Assembly: GCA_020348985.1 (NCBI GenBank)
Contig: CP070761.1
Location: forward strand, 2,219,974 to 2,239,302
Source of the DNA: Candidatus Thorarchaeota archaeon
GTDB lineage: Archaea; Asgardarchaeota; Thorarchaeia; Thorarchaeales; Thorarchaeaceae
DNA: 19,329 nt
Direction: 5' to 3'
The position numbers and the translations under genes were made by a program. The notes below the pieces were generated by a model. It was not told where the DNA came from, did no database searches, and was given only the letters and a program-made list of their open reading frames with translations. Position 1 is the first letter of the stretch; the number at the start of each line of letters is the position of its first letter. Positions 16,210-19,329 of this stretch are shown here, in pieces.

Positions 16210-17316
16210 TTGAGAATAGAGACAATCCAGGCAATGGCGGGAGCAGCTGTCCTCTCATCATTCACATACGTCCCTATCCTAGCGAAATCATACCTAGGTG
16301 AGGGAGAGTTTTACATTAGTCTCATTGTCACAGTCTATGCTACTGCATCATTCATCTCAAGCTATGTATTCGGAAGAGCAGGAGACATTTTCGGCAGACG
16401 AGTAGTGCTTCATGCAGGTCTGTTCATATCGACTATCTCTTTCGTTCTAGTCTCAGTCGCATACAGTGCCGAATTCTTGCTTATTATAAGAGCTCTGAAC
16501 GGGTTTAGTGTAGGCATATATCCTGGGGCTCTTGCTGCATATGCGTACGAAACGGATATGCCCATGGGCAGATTTGCGTCATTCGGTGCAATAGGTTGGG
16601 GGTTTGGGACAATCCTCGCAGGATTTGCAGCCGGTTTTGACATTCGTGCCGCCTTTTGGATCACTGGTGTCTTCTTCATGATCGCATTCATCAGTGCGAT
16701 GGGTTTACCAGAGATCCAACGAGAGAGAATCAACGTTCCACTATTCCCGCTAGAGACGATAAAGCGCAACCTGCCTGTTTACGCAGCAGTTTTGATTCGT
16801 CATAGCAGTGCATTTGCCATATGGACATACTGGCCTCTGTTCTTGGCTGCGCTTGGAGCTGACCTCCTGATGATTGGAGTAATCCAAGCCATGAACTCAA
16901 TAGCTCAGGTTGTCTTCATGATTGGCATCACAGACAGATTCCAGTGTGAGAGGCTGATTGTGATGGGGCTCGTCACATCAGCAATAACGTTCCTCTGGTT
17001 TGCAGTTGTTACCGACTTTATTCAGATCTTGCCAACTCAGATACTTCTGGGATTCTCGTGGGCCTGTTTATACGTAGGTGCCTTGAAGTATGTCACAGAG
17101 AGAAATGAAGAGAGGGCAACAGCCTCAGGTCTCTTGACGTCTGTGATGTCTATTTCCGGAATGATAGGCCCGATAATTGCGGCAGCATATTTCACCATTT
17201 GGCCATCCTATCTTCCAATCATTCTAAATGCAGTGGTGATGTCACTCGTTGCTCTTGTCATCTTCTGGGTTAGTAGCAAACGTCTGGACTCTTATCTTGA
17301 GATGCCAGCTTGCTAA
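16210..17316 (+). CDS. MFS transporter
   Basis: Motif A GRAGDIFGRR, IIRALNG, about 12 TM helices. Confidence 0.9.
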   Translation: MRIETIQAMAGAAVLSSFTYVPILAKSYLGEGEFYISLIVTVYATASFISSYVFGRAGDIFGRRVVLHAGLFISTISFVLVSVAYSAEFLLIIRALNGFSVGIYPGALAAYAYETDMPMGRFASFGAIGWGFGTILAGFAAGFDIRAAFWITGVFFMIAFISAMGLPEIQRERINVPLFPLETIKRNLPVYAAVLIRHSSAFAIWTYWPLFLAALGADLLMIGVIQAMNSIAQVVFMIGITDRFQCERLIVMGLVTSAITFLWFAVVTDFIQILPTQILLGFSWACLYVGALKYVTERNEERATASGLLTSVMSISGMIGPIIAAAYFTIWPSYLPIILNAVVMSLVALVIFWVSSKRLDSYLEMPAC

Positions 17317-17350
17317 GCACCGTCTTTAATCGCCTATTGTTCTTGGGAAA

Positions 17351-17367
17351 GGGGGCACAAGGCCCCC
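17351..17367. terminator. GC hairpin between convergent MFS genes
   Basis: GGGGGC-ACAAG-GCCCCC in the 64-nt gap between the two stop codons. Confidence 0.5.
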
Positions 17368-17380
17368 AACACAAAACGGT

Positions 17381-18718
17381 CTACCCCATTGCTGAGTCGC
17401 CAGTTTCGCCAGTCTTTACTGACATCATAAGGGCAAGGGCAACGACTAGGAAGAGTATCGAGACTGGGAAGAGCAAGGCTATTGATGTGATGTCAAAGAA
17501 GAGTCCTGTGAGGAATGGACCCAAGATTGCAGCCGTCATACTGAAGAAGTAGTACAATCCCGTTCCCGCACCCAATCTCTTTTGGCCAAAGTGCTGCCAA
17601 ACGATAACAATCGAGTTGACATTAATCATTGCCCAGAAGATTCCAGCGAAAGCAAGAACTATGAACAGCTGCATGTAGTCTGTCAAGAGCCAAGCGATCA
17701 CAAGACTAGCCACGAGACCCACAAGACCTACAGCAATTGTATTCTTACGTCCAACCCTACCTGCTACGAAACCAGCAGGGATGGCAAAGAGTACGAAGGT
17801 CAACGAGAATGCAGTCAACAAGAATGCCGCATCTGCAGTTGCGAAGCCTAGGATCTCATTGCCGTACTTGGTGAACCAGGTCTCTAGGGCATTGAATCCG
17901 AAGAACCAGAACATTATCGCGCCAAGGATTGCTAGAGCGGACTTGTCTTCTAATGAGGAAACAAGACGAGCAGCCTCTATGATGCCGATTTCCTTGGGTT
18001 GATCAGCGTCTACCGGAGGAGTCTCTGGTTCCTTCACAACGACAAACAGGACCAGTACTGCAACAACCATGATGACTGAGGTTGTAAGGAATGCAAGAAC
18101 TGGGCCAGATTGGGCAGCTGTGACTCCGAGAATCGCACCGATTCCTGGATCATTGATCTTGTAGATCTGCGATGCAATTGCGAATGCATAGATTGCTCCA
18201 ACTCCACCCATGAGGTTGATTACACCATTAGCATTGGTCCGATGTTTGTCAGGAACAACATCAGGCATCAGTGCCACAACAGGAGCTCTGTAGAACGCCA
18301 TTGCGATATTGAAAACTGTTAACATAGCAAACATGAACCAGAATCCAAAGACTGCCCAGCCGTACGCAACTAATGTGAAGAATGCGGCGGCAATTGGTGT
18401 TCCGGCCATAATGTAAGGCATCCTACGCCCCCATCTCGTACGTGTCTTGTCTGACCTAGCACCAATGTAGGGTTGCATGACAAGTGCGAATATGTTGTCC
18501 AAGACCATAATCAGGCCTATTATCGTGTTCTGCAGGTCGCCGACGATGAACGCAGGAAGAAAATCAGCAGGCAAGTAGCTGTTGTAGACTGACCACGAAA
18601 CTCCAGTTGTGAAGAACCCCAGGCCAATCACAAAGACATAGAGCCAGCTCATCTTCTCTTCTTCGGGCGGACTGCTAGCCACATCAGGTACACTCGTAGA
18701 CATATCGTCAGATTCCAA
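17381..18718 (-). CDS. MFS transporter, GPH/SLC45-like sugar (maltose/sucrose-type) permease
   Basis: QPYIGARSDKTRTRWGRRMPYI, ALMPD...R..ANG.INLMGG.G; about 12 TM helices. The substrate is inferred. Confidence 0.88.
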   Translation of the reverse strand: MESDDMSTSVPDVASSPPEEEKMSWLYVFVIGLGFFTTGVSWSVYNSYLPADFLPAFIVGDLQNTIIGLIMVLDNIFALVMQPYIGARSDKTRTRWGRRMPYIMAGTPIAAAFFTLVAYGWAVFGFWFMFAMLTVFNIAMAFYRAPVVALMPDVVPDKHRTNANGVINLMGGVGAIYAFAIASQIYKINDPGIGAILGVTAAQSGPVLAFLTTSVIMVVAVLVLFVVVKEPETPPVDADQPKEIGIIEAARLVSSLEDKSALAILGAIMFWFFGFNALETWFTKYGNEILGFATADAAFLLTAFSLTFVLFAIPAGFVAGRVGRKNTIAVGLVGLVASLVIAWLLTDYMQLFIVLAFAGIFWAMINVNSIVIVWQHFGQKRLGAGTGLYYFFSMTAAILGPFLTGLFFDITSIALLFPVSILFLVVALALMMSVKTGETGDSAMG

Positions 18719-18762
18719 GATTACATCACTCCGTACCTATCACAGACTCATCCCGGTTAGCA

Positions 18763-18787
18763 GAACAGCTATAATAGAATGCTGTTC
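18763..18787. promoter_or_regulatory. Inverted repeat flanking a TATA-like element in a divergent promoter
   Basis: GAACAGC-TATAATAGAAT-GCTGTTC between the MFS gene (-) and the wHTH gene (+). Confidence 0.5.
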
Positions 18788-18857
18788 ATCGATTGAAGTA
18801 GTCGGAGTCGAGGCATTCAAAAACGCTGAACACGCTAGCTATGCTGGATGCTTGGTC

Positions 18858-19136
18858 ATGAAGCTCAATGTCTTAGTTAGCCCAGGACTCATGGCGGTTC
18901 TCTGGGAGCTAGGTTGGGGAGATAGGTTTCTAAAAGATCTAGAGGGCACTTTCGCAACTAAGAAGAGTGAACAGGAAGGTTCCTTCGAGTCGCTGGTCGA
19001 GGCTCTCGTAACAGGGGGCTTGGTGTACAAGTTAAAGGGAGAGAGAGGCTCGTCCTACTTGAGTCTGACATATACGGGTGAGGCAGTACTGGACCATCTT
19101 CGTCAGATTGAGATGATTATGGAGAATAACGAGTAG
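18858..19136 (+). CDS. Small winged-helix protein (HxlR/MarR-like)
   Basis: LVEALVTGGLV...YLSLTYTGEAVLDHL..IE resembles the recognition helix, wing and LT..G C-terminal helix of wHTH proteins. Confidence 0.6.
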   Translation: MKLNVLVSPGLMAVLWELGWGDRFLKDLEGTFATKKSEQEGSFESLVEALVTGGLVYKLKGERGSSYLSLTYTGEAVLDHLRQIEMIMENNE

Positions 19137-19249
19137 AGCGAATGCTTGAACGGTTTTACTCCCACTGGGACAACATATCCTACGATTCCCAAATCCGAGA
19201 CGGTAACGATTAAGTGCGAGACACACTGAGCGATGGACGGGTAGAGAGA

Positions 19250-19329
19250 ATGGATAAGCCTCACTTGAAGTTGTTACGTTGCCCTAGATGCACGAAGAAG
19301 CTACAGTTCTCGGATGCAAATGCGGTATC
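19250..19329 (+). CDS. Partial CDS beginning with a Trm112-like CPxC zinc-knuckle (truncated by window end)
   Basis: ATG 19250: MDKPHLKLLRCPRCTKKLQFSDANAV...; L.LLxCPxC is typical of Trm112-like or methyltransferase N-termini. Confidence 0.6.
   Translation, partial: MDKPHLKLLRCPRCTKKLQFSDANAV

Noticed and set aside
1-19329. CRISPR arrays, tRNA/rRNA genes, IS elements; remaining short ORFs in the track
   Set aside because: No repeat-spacer periodicity, cloverleaf, or transposase/integrase motifs were seen. The other short ORFs lie antisense or out of frame within well-supported genes.

Overview
Gene-dense archaeal chromosomal segment, most likely Asgard (Thorarchaeota-like). That assignment is inferred from GGTGA/GAGG Shine-Dalgarno motifs, TATA-like promoters, a COG2521-type archaeal methyltransferase, tandem-HTH Lrp-like regulators and an F420-type LLM oxidoreductase. 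It encodes about 27 proteins, including a TatD hydrolase, an ICMT/PEMT-family methyltransferase, a CPBP (CAAX-type) protease, an LLM oxidoreductase, several HTH regulators, a cupin, a flavodoxin, an Endonuc_Holl nuclease, an M42 peptidase, NfeD and two MFS transporters. No rRNA, tRNA, CRISPR array, transposase or integrase was seen. The most interesting signals lie outside the supplied ORF track: (i) a candidate box H/ACA guide-like RNA at 6949-7018 (long hairpin, K-turn-like motif, ACA, pocket complementary to a common archaeal 16S rRNA segment); (ii) an unannotated 49-aa CxxC-CxxC zinc-ribbon microprotein at 9543-9692; (iii) a decayed histidine-kinase ATPase fragment at 7114-7359; (iv) CGGCA(A)...(T)TGCCG palindromic operators in two divergent promoters; (v) ICMT-like and Rce1-like genes about 2 kb apart. 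Family assignments come from motif recognition, not database searches.
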